Assembly: GCA_964456475.1 (NCBI GenBank)
Contig: CAYVZI010000004.1
Span: 7,604 to 71,603 of the forward strand
DNA length: 64,000 bases
Source of the DNA: an uncultured Candidatus Saccharibacteria bacterium
GTDB lineage: Bacteria > Patescibacteriota > Minisyncoccia > Phycocordibacterales > UBA9973
Direction: 5' to 3'
The notes under the pieces are model-generated. The model was not told the DNA's origin and searched no databases. It saw only the letters and a list, made by a program, of their open reading frames with translations. The translations under genes were made by a program, and so were the position numbers. Of the stretch, positions 10,863-21,118 are shown piece by piece. Each line of letters opens with the position of its first letter. Position 1 is the stretch's first letter.

Positions 10863-11672
10863 ATGACACATCGAGCAAAAAAATCTTTGGGCCAGCATTT
10901 TCTTCGGAGTAATTCGGCAATCAAAGCCATGGTTTCGGCTGGAAAAGTCGAGTCGGGAGATACGGTACTTGAAATTGGACCAGGGGAGGGCGTGCTCACG
11001 CACGCCCTCCTTGAAACCGGAGCAAAAGTTATCGCCGTAGAATTCGACCAAGATCTCATCCCAAACCTAAATGAACGATTTCATGACCAAATTGATTCCG
11101 GCCAGCTCCGCATAATCGAGGCTGATATCATGCAATTCGATGTATCAAACTACAAATTACAAGCGAACAATTACAAGCTTATTGCCAACATTCCTTACTA
11201 TATTACTGGTGCAATATTTGAAAAATTCCTCACTGAAAAAAATCACCCGTCGTGCCTTGTAGTGCTAATTCAAAAAGAAGTAGCAACACGCATTGTCGCA
11301 CGCGACGGCAAAGAGAGCATTCTCTCACTTTCGGTCAAAGCTTTTGGAGTCCCAAAAATAATTACCAAAGTCCCCGCAAGTGCTTTTCGCCCAGCACCAA
11401 AGGTGGATTCGGCTGTGTTACTTGTCGAAAACATCTCAAACCAGCACTTCAAGAACAGTTCAGCAATTGCTCATTTTTTTGACGTGTTGCACGCAGGATT
11501 TGCACACAAAAGAAAGCTTGTTATACGCAATTTGGAAAAGATTGCGTCACTTGAAACAATTGCGTCTTTGTTTGCAAAACTCGGCATTGCAGAAAAAGCC
11601 AGAGCAGAAGATATTCATCTAGAAAAATGGCTTTTGATTGCAGAAAAAACTGCAGTCCACACACTCGAGTAG
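10863..11672 (+). CDS. rsmA: 16S rRNA adenine dimethyltransferase
   Basis: KKSLGQHFL, LEIGPGEGVLT, ANIPYYIT, FRPAPKVDSAV. Confidence 0.95.
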   Translation: MTHRAKKSLGQHFLRSNSAIKAMVSAGKVESGDTVLEIGPGEGVLTHALLETGAKVIAVEFDQDLIPNLNERFHDQIDSGQLRIIEADIMQFDVSNYKLQANNYKLIANIPYYITGAIFEKFLTEKNHPSCLVVLIQKEVATRIVARDGKESILSLSVKAFGVPKIITKVPASAFRPAPKVDSAVLLVENISNQHFKNSSAIAHFFDVLHAGFAHKRKLVIRNLEKIASLETIASLFAKLGIAEKARAEDIHLEKWLLIAEKTAVHTLE

Positions 11673-11698
11673 CGACTCAAAATGATATACTAGAGCGT

Positions 11699-12340
11699 AT
11701 GATGCCAAGCAAACGTTTTGTATACATAGCCCTCGGATTACTCATCCTTGTTTTCGGTGCCTTTTTGGTCAAACGGTATACAAAAGAGCAGACTATTCAA
11801 TCTGCACTCATTTCGGTCCAAAAAAATCTCCCTTTTCTATCATTTGACGAACCGAATGGTAATTTCGTCTCTCTACAAGACGCAGAAGCAGATACATCCA
11901 AACCAAAAAGCAAACCTACAACGAAACCAACGACGGTGCCATCCACAGAGGAGGTAATTACTTCTCCCGTTATTCACAGTCTTTCAAGAGATGTTTTTGG
12001 TAACGGAGACACAATCACAATCTATGGTGATCATTTTATGGAATCAAATGATGTCATTCTTTCGATCGATTTTAAGGACGCATTTACCGGAATTCGTTCA
12101 ACAGACGGCAAATCTATTACCTTTACGGCAAATCTGTCTCTTAGTCAGAAAGTATTTGAGGGGATTAGTCACCTCAGTCCAGAAATGAGGAAGTCAGTAT
12201 TAAAGCAAATGATTATTGATGCCTCAAAAGACTCTCCATACAAGGATGGTTGGTATATTCCTGCAACCATTAGCATCAAAACAGAGGCGGGATTGAGTAA
12301 TATAATCCCGATTACTGTAAACATTACTAAAGGAATTTGA
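11699..12340 (+). CDS. Membrane-anchored protein with IPT/TIG-like domain
   Basis: N-terminal TM helix; SPVIHSLS..GDTITIYGDHF...STDGKSITF. Confidence 0.6.
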   Translation: MMPSKRFVYIALGLLILVFGAFLVKRYTKEQTIQSALISVQKNLPFLSFDEPNGNFVSLQDAEADTSKPKSKPTTKPTTVPSTEEVITSPVIHSLSRDVFGNGDTITIYGDHFMESNDVILSIDFKDAFTGIRSTDGKSITFTANLSLSQKVFEGISHLSPEMRKSVLKQMIIDASKDSPYKDGWYIPATISIKTEAGLSNIIPITVNITKGI

Positions 12341-12354
12341 TGTATACTATCTAT

Positions 12355-12822
12355 ATGCAAGCTATGCGTATACGCGTATCAGTATTCGGAATTGTATTAC
12401 TTGGTGCATTTATTGCACCTCATTTTGCATTCGCGTTTGGGAGTAGCGCTCAATACTTTGGCGGAATGCAAACACTGATATACGACAGTAGTATGTGTAG
12501 TTGCAGCGGCACAAACGTTCACGTCATCAAAGACGAGGGTAGTCGGGGAATGCTTATGCTCTACGATAATGGTAGCGGGAAGGTTTTCAGCAACAACAAC
12601 CTCAACAATGTTGGTGGCTGGCAACTTGGATCATACACAACACAAACTACCCAATGTACGCAGACCGCGTATCCGAAATGCATTCTTATCGCGACAGCAA
12701 CCGGTGTATACAGCTCAGCACCAGGAACGGGGACTTCAATGATTGATGCGGCAAAAACACTCCTCGCTGGTGCGTTTACAAAAATTACAAAAAATCTCAC
12801 AAAACACTATGCCAATGTCTAG
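12355..12822 (+). CDS. Small secreted Cys-containing protein
   Basis: Signal peptide ending FAFA; CSC...C...C. Confidence 0.6.
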   Translation: MQAMRIRVSVFGIVLLGAFIAPHFAFAFGSSAQYFGGMQTLIYDSSMCSCSGTNVHVIKDEGSRGMLMLYDNGSGKVFSNNNLNNVGGWQLGSYTTQTTQCTQTAYPKCILIATATGVYSSAPGTGTSMIDAAKTLLAGAFTKITKNLTKHYANV

Positions 12823-13711
12823 CTTTGAAAAAATAAAAAACAATCTACCAAGCAAAAAATTTGTGATGGTTATTGGAATCTGTGCCGGTCTTGTCACAAT
12901 TGTCCTTGTTGTGGGAAGCCTTTTTGGATCACATTCTATCTTTACCAAAAACAGGGGAAATCTCGTCGAAGCAGACGGTACAATCAAAGACCTCCTTACT
13001 CAAGACTCAAACGGCAATGGTATTTCTGACTGGGAAGAGTCTCTCTGGGGTGTTGACCCGAAAGGGGATGGTCCAACAAACAAAATAATTGTTGATGAAA
13101 AAAAGGCTCAAGCAAACGTTACTCCAATAGATCCGGGTATTCCTTCTACACAAACCGATACATTCAGCCAAGCACTCCTCTCTACAATCCTTGCTCTCAA
13201 CCAGTCAGGTGAGCTCAACACCGTGTCGCTTGCAAAAATAAGTGAGTCAATATCACAAGATATTGACTTGAAACGCGGAAATCCTACACCGTATAGCCTT
13301 AACGATCTGGCGACCGTTCCCTCAACCGAGAAATCTCGCGCTTCTTACAAAAAAAGTTTGGAAGATATTCTCGAACTGTATTCCGATCTTGAACTTGGGT
13401 CTGAACTAGGGATTATCTATCAGGGTACAAGCACAGGCGGTCAAGCAGCACTTGCAAAACTTGCTCCATACGCCGAAGCATATGCCGATATCAGCAAAAA
13501 AATGCTTAAACTGAAGACACCCAACGATCTCGGGGCAACTGCCCTCGATATTATCAATGCATCAAGCCTCATGAGTAACGCGATTCCAAGAATCGGAACT
13601 ATATACACTGATGCACTCTCTGGAATGACAGGGATTAGTGATTATATTGATGCGAGTGATAAGTCTGACAAAGCTGTCGAAAAAATGAACCTCTATTTCG
13701 ACATCGATTAA
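12809..13711 (+). CDS. Membrane-anchored protein with a thrombospondin type 3-like Ca-binding motif
   Basis: TM helix followed by QDSNGNGISDWEE..GVDP. Confidence 0.6.
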   Translation: MPMSSFEKIKNNLPSKKFVMVIGICAGLVTIVLVVGSLFGSHSIFTKNRGNLVEADGTIKDLLTQDSNGNGISDWEESLWGVDPKGDGPTNKIIVDEKKAQANVTPIDPGIPSTQTDTFSQALLSTILALNQSGELNTVSLAKISESISQDIDLKRGNPTPYSLNDLATVPSTEKSRASYKKSLEDILELYSDLELGSELGIIYQGTSTGGQAALAKLAPYAEAYADISKKMLKLKTPNDLGATALDIINASSLMSNAIPRIGTIYTDALSGMTGISDYIDASDKSDKAVEKMNLYFDID

Positions 13712-13789
13712 GGTAAAAAACACCTCTGTTGCACTTTAGTAACAGAAAATCCTTTCAAAAATCAGTTCACCTAGGTATACTAGAATATA

Positions 13790-16588
13790 ATGATCAAACA
13801 AGGATTTCGTACAGTAACTATTCTCGGAACCATACTTATCATGTTTGGTTCTTTTGCAACAAACATCCAGACAGTAAGAGCACAAGGAGACCTCACCAGT
13901 CTTGTAGGTGGTGCGACAGGACCGGCACTCGGCGCTGCTATTTCATGCAACAAAGATGCAATCCATTCTGGTCTCTCAAAGTTGTTTGGCAAAAACAAAG
14001 AAAAAAGTACTGGAAAGGAAAATGCTAGCGGAACGGGATTTATCCCAGTCGGAGATGAATCTGTCAAAGCAAACACAGAAAGAGCTGCGGAAGAAGCTGC
14101 AAAGACCGCAAAAAAGCTCAACTGTACCAATGCAATCGCGAAAGCAGTCTCCCAAACAATCCTCAAAGAACTCACTGTCTCGACAATCAACTGGATCAAT
14201 AGCGGTTTTCAAGGTGGGGGACCACTCTACATCGGTGATACAGGCACTTTCCTCAAGAACATCGGTGATCAGTCAGTAAAACAATTTGCTTCGGTTATCG
14301 GATTTGACCCGATCAATTACCCCTTTGGAAAGACGTTTATTCAGGGGCTCGTCAAATCAAACAGCGCTACATTTGAGAGTGCAGCACGGTACAGTCTTAA
14401 CAACGTCATAGCTCAACAATCTCCAGGGATGACTTCAGCCAATTTTGCCGCCGATTTTAGGGTCGGGGGATGGGATGCGTTTCTCAGTCAGACAGAGTGG
14501 CAAAACAATCCTATCGGATTTAATCAGCGTGCATCGCAAACTATTGCAAGCAGAACAGCTGACACCAACTATAGTCCAGGACAAGACCTTCGAGATCAAA
14601 TCCAAAGAAATGGTGGTTTTCTTGACCTAAAACACTGTGTAAGCCCTTGGGACTACGACCCAAATTCTAATGATCCTACCAAAAACGTATGTAAACAATT
14701 CATGAACCAAACTCCGGGAAGTGTCGTTCAATCAACACTCAACAAAGCCCTAGGAAGTCCATTTGACCAGCTTGGACTCGGGCAGGACTTGTCGACCGAC
14801 CTTACAGCAATTTTCGACGCTCTCATCAATCACTTTGTTCAAAAAGGTCTCAATGCACTTTCTGAAGAAACCCAGGATGGAAATAATGGCACACCGGTTG
14901 ATTTCGATGCATTTAAAAATAATCAAGGATATGCGGATAATGAGATCAAAGGGGGTACCAGTTTTGGTTCTGGTACAAGCTTCCTCGATGCAGGTGACGC
15001 GTTCCAAACAAATATTTTTGACCTTCATTCATTGGGACGAGAAGCAAAAAGCTCCACAAAAGACGAAAATGGCGATCCTGTATATCGCGCAAACCTCGTC
15101 GGTATAATCAACCGTGAACTCCAGCTTATATCAAGCAAAGATATTGAAAGCTCTCTCACAACTTCCGATTCAAAAACTGGAACAACCGCATTCGGATGGA
15201 CGCCAACACAAGTCAACTTATGGAAAAATCTTATCCAGAGTCGTAATCCGCGATACATAGACATACTCGATAAACAAAATGAGCAAATCGAGAAGCTTAT
15301 CCCGGCAATCTACCAGCTCGACTACTGTATTCCAGGCCCACGCCCAACGTGGAAAAATGAAGTCTTTACCAATCTCGAGCGTGAGCTTGATGGCTGGCCA
15401 AAAGACTCGAGCAAAGTTGATCTCTGGCAAGCAAACTCGAAGTTCCAAAAAATCATGGACATGAGTGGTAATTTGAACAAATTTAGCCAAGCCATTAGTG
15501 ATCTAACTGCTGATGTTCGTGAAGAAAATTTCTACGGAATCATGGTGAGTGGTGCACTATCAAACAACAGCCCTGAAATAAAAAAGACACTGGGAATTGA
15601 TCGTTTGACGATTAACAATACAGTTCCTGTCGCTGTAAACGCAAAAGTAAATGGATACGACAAAGCTGTCGGCATCATCGCCGAACTCTTTAGTCGTTAT
15701 GAAAAAACGCTCACAAAAGAGTATGGTACGACAAACATTCGCAATACAGGAATGGATCAATCGATTATTACAATAAACAACACCGAGTATCCAAATATCC
15801 CTACTTACGAGAGATCAATTATAGATAACAAAGAACTCATCGAACGACAAAAGAGTACGGTCTATCAGCTCATCGCTCTCGGCAAGAAGATATATCGTCT
15901 ACAAAAAAACATCAATTTAGACCCAAAGAGTGATGGTACATTCCAAGGTTTTCCTGGGTCAAACACTTGTATCGACGAACAAGGCTCTACGGTAGAATGC
16001 CCAGACAACACCATTTCTGGATATGACTTCTATCAAAGCCAGATCAATCTCGTAAACCAGACAAGTATTAGCAAGCTTACTGAATACCAAAAAGAGCTCC
16101 GTCGTATCAATGATACGTTCAATATTCTTGCTCCTGATTTGCATTCTGATCAGGATATCAAAGAACAAGAAGCTCTCCTCGACACAATCATCGACAAGGT
16201 CGACAGTATCACTGACGACGGGGGATACCTTGATGTCTGTGTTGACCTAGTCAACGATTCCGAGACAAATGCTACAGAGGATAGTAATGGAAATAAGTTA
16301 TTTATCGCAGACGTCAATCTTATGCGATTGCCATATCCATCATCATTGAGCCCACAAATACCAGAATCTTTCAAAAGCCAGTTCAAAAAACCAGAAGGAA
16401 AGTCTTTTCTCCCTGATCATTACTACAGGAGGGGAGAAGACGCTGGAGAAGTCGCATACATGAAGAATCTGCTTGGCGCAAGATATAATCCTCTCAAAGA
16501 AATCAGAAACGACGATATTGTCACGATTGATGGTCAGCCGATTCCAAATGCACTAGCCACATTTGAACAGTTTTTGGGGATGTATTAA
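13790..16588 (+). CDS. Large exported protein of the CPR T4SS-like cluster (932 aa)
   Basis: Signal peptide; STINWINSGFQG, GGWDAF and TPGS motifs; upstream of the VirB6-like gene. Confidence 0.65.
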   Translation: MIKQGFRTVTILGTILIMFGSFATNIQTVRAQGDLTSLVGGATGPALGAAISCNKDAIHSGLSKLFGKNKEKSTGKENASGTGFIPVGDESVKANTERAAEEAAKTAKKLNCTNAIAKAVSQTILKELTVSTINWINSGFQGGGPLYIGDTGTFLKNIGDQSVKQFASVIGFDPINYPFGKTFIQGLVKSNSATFESAARYSLNNVIAQQSPGMTSANFAADFRVGGWDAFLSQTEWQNNPIGFNQRASQTIASRTADTNYSPGQDLRDQIQRNGGFLDLKHCVSPWDYDPNSNDPTKNVCKQFMNQTPGSVVQSTLNKALGSPFDQLGLGQDLSTDLTAIFDALINHFVQKGLNALSEETQDGNNGTPVDFDAFKNNQGYADNEIKGGTSFGSGTSFLDAGDAFQTNIFDLHSLGREAKSSTKDENGDPVYRANLVGIINRELQLISSKDIESSLTTSDSKTGTTAFGWTPTQVNLWKNLIQSRNPRYIDILDKQNEQIEKLIPAIYQLDYCIPGPRPTWKNEVFTNLERELDGWPKDSSKVDLWQANSKFQKIMDMSGNLNKFSQAISDLTADVREENFYGIMVSGALSNNSPEIKKTLGIDRLTINNTVPVAVNAKVNGYDKAVGIIAELFSRYEKTLTKEYGTTNIRNTGMDQSIITINNTEYPNIPTYERSIIDNKELIERQKSTVYQLIALGKKIYRLQKNINLDPKSDGTFQGFPGSNTCIDEQGSTVECPDNTISGYDFYQSQINLVNQTSISKLTEYQKELRRINDTFNILAPDLHSDQDIKEQEALLDTIIDKVDSITDDGGYLDVCVDLVNDSETNATEDSNGNKLFIADVNLMRLPYPSSLSPQIPESFKSQFKKPEGKSFLPDHYYRRGEDAGEVAYMKNLLGARYNPLKEIRNDDIVTIDGQPIPNALATFEQFLGMY

Positions 16589-16617
16589 ACCGATAGAATG
16601 ATACAATAGTATAGTAA

Positions 16618-19284
16618 ATGAAACGCATCGTTCCACTTATTTTTTCGATAGCAATTTTTGTTGGCATCGCTTTGCCTTTTTCAACAACGCTGTCACCTCA
16701 ACACGGAGTTCGCCTCACGGCGAACTCCGTGTTTGCTGCAGACACATACACTCCTGAAGCAAATGTTCATGGATATCTGGAAGATTGTGCCCTATTTAAC
16801 TGGGTTACAGGATCTGACGACGGGAGCATGGCCGGATGTATTGCTCAAATCGTCTACATTATCCCGTATCAACTTGGAGCGTGGGCCATGTCAGTAGCTG
16901 CAAAAGCATTCGACGTTGGAGCAAGTCTCACACTCTCGAGTGCCCTCTATACCAAAGGCGACCTTCTCACCAAGGGCTGGACTGTCACTCGTGACTTTGC
17001 CAACATCTTCTTCATTCTCATTCTGCTTTTTGCCGCACTCTCACTTGTACTCGACATGGATCTCGGCGGTGCCAATCCAAAAAAGATGCTAAGTTCTGTA
17101 GTGATTATTGCCATACTCATCAATTTCAGCTTCTTCCTGACAGAAGTAGTGGTAGATGTGTCCAATTCGCTTGCACTCGTTTTTTACAACCAAATCGGTA
17201 CAGTCCAAAAAGACAAAGTTACCGCCGTTGACACTACAGAAGAGGACAAGCAATTCAAAGACCACAACCTCATCAAAAAAATTCAACCAATCTCAACATC
17301 AATTGTTGCTGGATTCAAGCCTCAGATTTTCAGCAATCAGGATTTTTACAACAAACTTGCTTGTGCAAAAGAAAATGGTTTTTTCACAGACTTGAGCAGC
17401 AAAAAATGTACTCCAGCAGATGTCGCCAACAAAAAAGTCTCTTCTGGCGTTATAATTCCCGTACTAATCCTTGTGGGTTGTATGTATCTTGTGGTTGCAT
17501 ACAGTTTTGGAGTGGCACTCATTTCACTCATCGGGCGCATGATCAGCCTCTTTATCGCAATCATCTTTGCTCCATTTGCGTTTGTGTCCACAATTTTGCC
17601 TGCGACACAACACATGGCTGGATTCGGCTGGGACGAGTGGTTCTCAAATCTGATGAAAGCAGCATTTGCAGCACCAATATATTTTTTCTTGCTTCTCTTG
17701 GTGACGTTCATTGTAGATATTGATATTGTTCCAAAAAACACCACCAATATGTCTGCCGGCATCATTCTCGTTTTGGTAATGATCCAGTGTGCCATAGTCA
17801 TCACACTCCTCCTCAAAGCTACAAAAATAGTAGAAAGTGCTTCCGGAGAAATCGGCGGAATGATTTTGAAAGGCACCAAAGTCATCGCAGGTGGAGCAGC
17901 CGGACTCGTCGGTGGCGCCGCACTCGGTGGCCTTGCTCTTGCAGGGCAGGGAACTGTTGGATGGGTTGGGAAGAAAATTGCTGGAAGCGACCGTTTAAAT
18001 AGGTGGGCAATCAACGGCGGGGGAGTTAAAAATAATTTTATGAACGGTCTGCTTCAAAAAATTGGAAGAACTGGACTTGAAAGCGGTCAAAAACTGAGCA
18101 AGTCGAGTTTTGACGCTCGACACACAGGATTGGGAAATGCATTTACATCAGCAACAGGTATTAACCTTGGTAGTTTTGGTGCTCTCGCGGCAAAAAATAC
18201 GACTGGCGGCCTTGAGGGTGCTGCAGCACGCAAAGCAGCAAAAGATGAGGCATTTGCTGCAACATTAAAAAACGATGAGAAAAAGACCGAGAACCTTGAG
18301 GCTGAACTAAAGACTAAAAATAAAGAATTGGAAAGTGAAGAGAAAAAGAAGAGACTCTTGGAAAAAGAAAAGGAGATTCTTGATTTGGAAACAAAAAATC
18401 TTGAGTCCGAAAGACGTGAGGCTAGAGAAAAGATGAAAGACAATCAAGGCAATCAATCCTCTCTCGATTACATTAATGCAGAGAAAAAATTTAAAGATGC
18501 AGATGCAAAACTTAATGGTGGAAAGACAGCAAATGGAACAGTCATCGATCCTACAGATGCAAAAAGAACTCAACTTGCAGAAAAAGTGAAAGATATTAAT
18601 AAACAAAAAGAAAAAATACTTGAGATTGAAAAAGGCAAGAGGGACGCAAATGGTGATAAAATCAAAGCAGCAGATGGAGATACCCTTGCCGGTGGCAAGG
18701 TGGCAGATGCATTAGATGTAAAAAATGAGGCTATAGCAAAAGAAAGTTTGGGTATAAAAGACTACGAAAAAATAATAGAGGACAGTAAAAAAGGTGCTTC
18801 GAGAGCATTTCTCGCATACGAAGCGGAGCGTTCTGGATATCACACTAAAATCAAAACGGATAATTCAGGTACTGTTATCGGTCATCATGTTGACACTAAT
18901 CAGGCAGGCAAACGAAACGACTTCCGTACGTTCACTCGAATTGCTGGGGCATTTGCACTTGGTGGATTGACTGGTAATATCGCCAATCTTGCTACAACCC
19001 TCAGTTCTTTTAGTGGCGCTGTTAGTGCTTTTAGTGGCCAAGCAGCATTCGGTTTTGGGCTTGCTTCTACAATCAAAGAGGCACTCGGTGATTTTCAGGG
19101 ACGCAGTTTTGTAGCTGGTGAAGCAGGCCATCATACAGCAAATCCAGGCGGTAAACACGAACATGAACATGGCGTCTACCATACTCCAAACGCAGGATTC
19201 CTTGCTGAACTCGCTTCAATATTCAAATTCAAAGCAGGAGGAGGGGGTGGAGGCAGTGGCGGAGGAGGGGGTGGACATCATTAA
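16618..19284 (+). CDS. VirB6/TrbL-like polytopic membrane protein with coiled-coil C-terminus
   Basis: GWTVTRDFANIFFI, ILINFSFFLT..VVDVSN, multiple TM helices, Gly-rich segment; near PrgI and VirB4. Confidence 0.7.
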   Translation: MKRIVPLIFSIAIFVGIALPFSTTLSPQHGVRLTANSVFAADTYTPEANVHGYLEDCALFNWVTGSDDGSMAGCIAQIVYIIPYQLGAWAMSVAAKAFDVGASLTLSSALYTKGDLLTKGWTVTRDFANIFFILILLFAALSLVLDMDLGGANPKKMLSSVVIIAILINFSFFLTEVVVDVSNSLALVFYNQIGTVQKDKVTAVDTTEEDKQFKDHNLIKKIQPISTSIVAGFKPQIFSNQDFYNKLACAKENGFFTDLSSKKCTPADVANKKVSSGVIIPVLILVGCMYLVVAYSFGVALISLIGRMISLFIAIIFAPFAFVSTILPATQHMAGFGWDEWFSNLMKAAFAAPIYFFLLLLVTFIVDIDIVPKNTTNMSAGIILVLVMIQCAIVITLLLKATKIVESASGEIGGMILKGTKVIAGGAAGLVGGAALGGLALAGQGTVGWVGKKIAGSDRLNRWAINGGGVKNNFMNGLLQKIGRTGLESGQKLSKSSFDARHTGLGNAFTSATGINLGSFGALAAKNTTGGLEGAAARKAAKDEAFAATLKNDEKKTENLEAELKTKNKELESEEKKKRLLEKEKEILDLETKNLESERREAREKMKDNQGNQSSLDYINAEKKFKDADAKLNGGKTANGTVIDPTDAKRTQLAEKVKDINKQKEKILEIEKGKRDANGDKIKAADGDTLAGGKVADALDVKNEAIAKESLGIKDYEKIIEDSKKGASRAFLAYEAERSGYHTKIKTDNSGTVIGHHVDTNQAGKRNDFRTFTRIAGAFALGGLTGNIANLATTLSSFSGAVSAFSGQAAFGFGLASTIKEALGDFQGRSFVAGEAGHHTANPGGKHEHEHGVYHTPNAGFLAELASIFKFKAGGGGGGSGGGGGGHH

Positions 19285-19356
19285 TTAAACTCTAAAAACT
19301 AAACTCGAAAATCAATACTGTACTTATTAGAACTTAGGGTTTGAAGTTTAGGGTTT
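19285..19356. repeat. Degenerate inverted heptamer arrays with no gene between them
   Basis: taaactctaaaaactaaactc ... ttagaacttagggtttgaagtttagggttt. Confidence 0.5.
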
Positions 19357-19374
19357 GTATCTTATACTATATAT

Positions 19375-20265
19375 ATGGCGGACGAAGTAAAAAAAATAAA
19401 TGTGGTTTCTTCTTCGACAGCTCAGGCTTCTGAGGCTGTAACAAAAGCGACTATCGACGAGCAATTTTCTGGAGTAAAGCAGGAACTATTTGCGCGTTTT
19501 GAACTTCTTCCTGATGACATCAAAAAAGCGATTACCGATGACGCCTACCAGCAAAAACTTTTTACAATTGCGAAAGAACAGAAGATGACATACGAAGAAC
19601 TTGGCATGATGGAGACAGAGACTACGATGGTACTTCTTGGAATGACCAAACCAGAAGATTTTCGCGATGAACTCCAACTTGAACTCAAGAAAAATGACGC
19701 TGAAATAGATTTGCTTGTAGGAAAAATCAACGAGCAAGTCTTTGCTCCGATCCGTGCCTCACTTGAGCGAGTATACGCTGCAAAAAAAGAACCTATCGAC
19801 TATTTGCAGAAGCCACCTGAGCAAGAGAATATTAAATCACAAGAACAGAATACATTCACCTCACCCCAGCCCTCTCCTAAATTAGGAGAGGGGGTAGTCC
19901 AAACTCAGCCAGTTGCCGTAGCACCAAATACCACTCCTCGAGTTATTCCTCCTACGACACATACTCCAGCAACAATCCAATCTGCATTTGCAAAATCTGG
20001 CGTGGTTCTCACCGAAACTCCAAAACCTGTTGCACCTATTCAAACCTCACAAATGCCAAATCGTAGCGATATTCTCAAGGGAATCGAAAATCCTCCTAAG
20101 ATACCTTCACTTGGAATGGTAGCCGACAAGCTCAATAGTACTGGTGTAATCATGCCAACAAAAACCACCGATTATTCCGTTCTTAAATCGACACCTCCAG
20201 CAAATCTCCCGACCACGCCAGCATCTCCAGCAAAAAACGATCCGTATCGAGAACCAATTGGGTAA
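19375..20265 (+). CDS. Hypothetical protein with Pro/Thr-rich C-terminal half
   Basis: Long ORF with leaderless TATACT-6 nt-ATG start; ends DPYREPIG. Confidence 0.75.
   Translation: MADEVKKINVVSSSTAQASEAVTKATIDEQFSGVKQELFARFELLPDDIKKAITDDAYQQKLFTIAKEQKMTYEELGMMETETTMVLLGMTKPEDFRDELQLELKKNDAEIDLLVGKINEQVFAPIRASLERVYAAKKEPIDYLQKPPEQENIKSQEQNTFTSPQPSPKLGEGVVQTQPVAVAPNTTPRVIPPTTHTPATIQSAFAKSGVVLTETPKPVAPIQTSQMPNRSDILKGIENPPKIPSLGMVADKLNSTGVIMPTKTTDYSVLKSTPPANLPTTPASPAKNDPYREPIG
19857..19892 (+). repeat. REP-like palindrome inside a CDS
   Basis: cacctcaccccag-ccctctcctaa-a-ttaggagaggg, translated as TSPQPSPKLGEG. Confidence 0.65.
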
Positions 20266-20304
20266 CAAGCTTTTAAGCTTTCTAGCTGTTTAGCTTTTAA
20301 GGAA

Positions 20305-20670
20305 ATGCTTCATTCGTATAAAGAACTTATCGTCTGGCAAAAATCTATTGATTTAGGCGTGAAAGTATATTCAATCACCGAGAATTTCCCTCGAGATGAG
20401 ATTTATGGATTAACCTCTCAAATGAGGCGAGCGGCGATTTCTATTAGTTCAAACATCGCTGAGGGTAGAACACGAGGAAGCAAGCTTGAATTTATTCACT
20501 TTCTAAATATTGCCCATGGTTCGTGTGCAGAACTGGAATCCCAGGTTTTTATTGCTAAAAAACTAACTTTTTCAAGAGGTCTTAATTTCGACGAAATCGA
20601 AAAAAATATTCAGGAGATATTATTGATGTTAAGTGTTATGATTAGTAAATTAAGAAATAATAAAGCTTAA
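20305..20670 (+). CDS. Four-helix-bundle protein (23S rRNA IVP / Avd-like family)
   Basis: YKELIVWQKS, FPRDEIYGLTSQMRRAAISISSNIAEG, GSCAELESQ; flanked by inverted 8-mer arrays at 20267-20298 and 20662-20701. Confidence 0.9.
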   Translation: MLHSYKELIVWQKSIDLGVKVYSITENFPRDEIYGLTSQMRRAAISISSNIAEGRTRGSKLEFIHFLNIAHGSCAELESQVFIAKKLTFSRGLNFDEIEKNIQEILLMLSVMISKLRNNKA

Positions 20671-20704
20671 AAGCTCAAAAAGCTATAAAGCTATAAAGCT
20701 TCCT

Positions 20705-21109
20705 ATGAAATTCGCCGTTCCTCAATTTATCGATGTTGAAGATAAAGTTATTGGACCATTTACGTTCAAGCAATTTGCCTATCTCGTTGGGGCAGGTGGT
20801 ATGGTGTTTTTATGCTACAAGTTTTTGCCTTGGTATCTATATGTTCCACTTGGATTTGGGTTCGGAGCTCTGGGATTCGGATTGGCATTCTGGAAAGTAA
20901 ACGAGAAGCCCCTCATCAATACAATCGAGGCCATGTTCAACTATGCAATCAATGACAAATTGTATATTTGGAAAAAAGAAAAGAAAACAAAAAAAACTTC
21001 CGAACAAAAAACTGATGAGGAGATTAAGCAAATGCAGTACATTCCAAGAATATCTGAATCAAAGCTTCATGACATTGCGTGGGGGCTGGACGTATTAGAC
21101 AAAAGATAA
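20705..21109 (+). CDS. PrgI family protein
   Basis: VPQFIDVEDKVIGPFTFKQF followed by two TM helices. Confidence 0.85.
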   Translation: MKFAVPQFIDVEDKVIGPFTFKQFAYLVGAGGMVFLCYKFLPWYLYVPLGFGFGALGFGLAFWKVNEKPLINTIEAMFNYAINDKLYIWKKEKKTKKTSEQKTDEEIKQMQYIPRISESKLHDIAWGLDVLDKR

Positions 21110-21118
21110 ACCGCTTTT

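Noticed and set aside
17346-18014. 222-aa antisense ORF and the many other short overlapping ORFs in the track
   Set aside because: Shadows of well-supported genes with no recognisable motifs.
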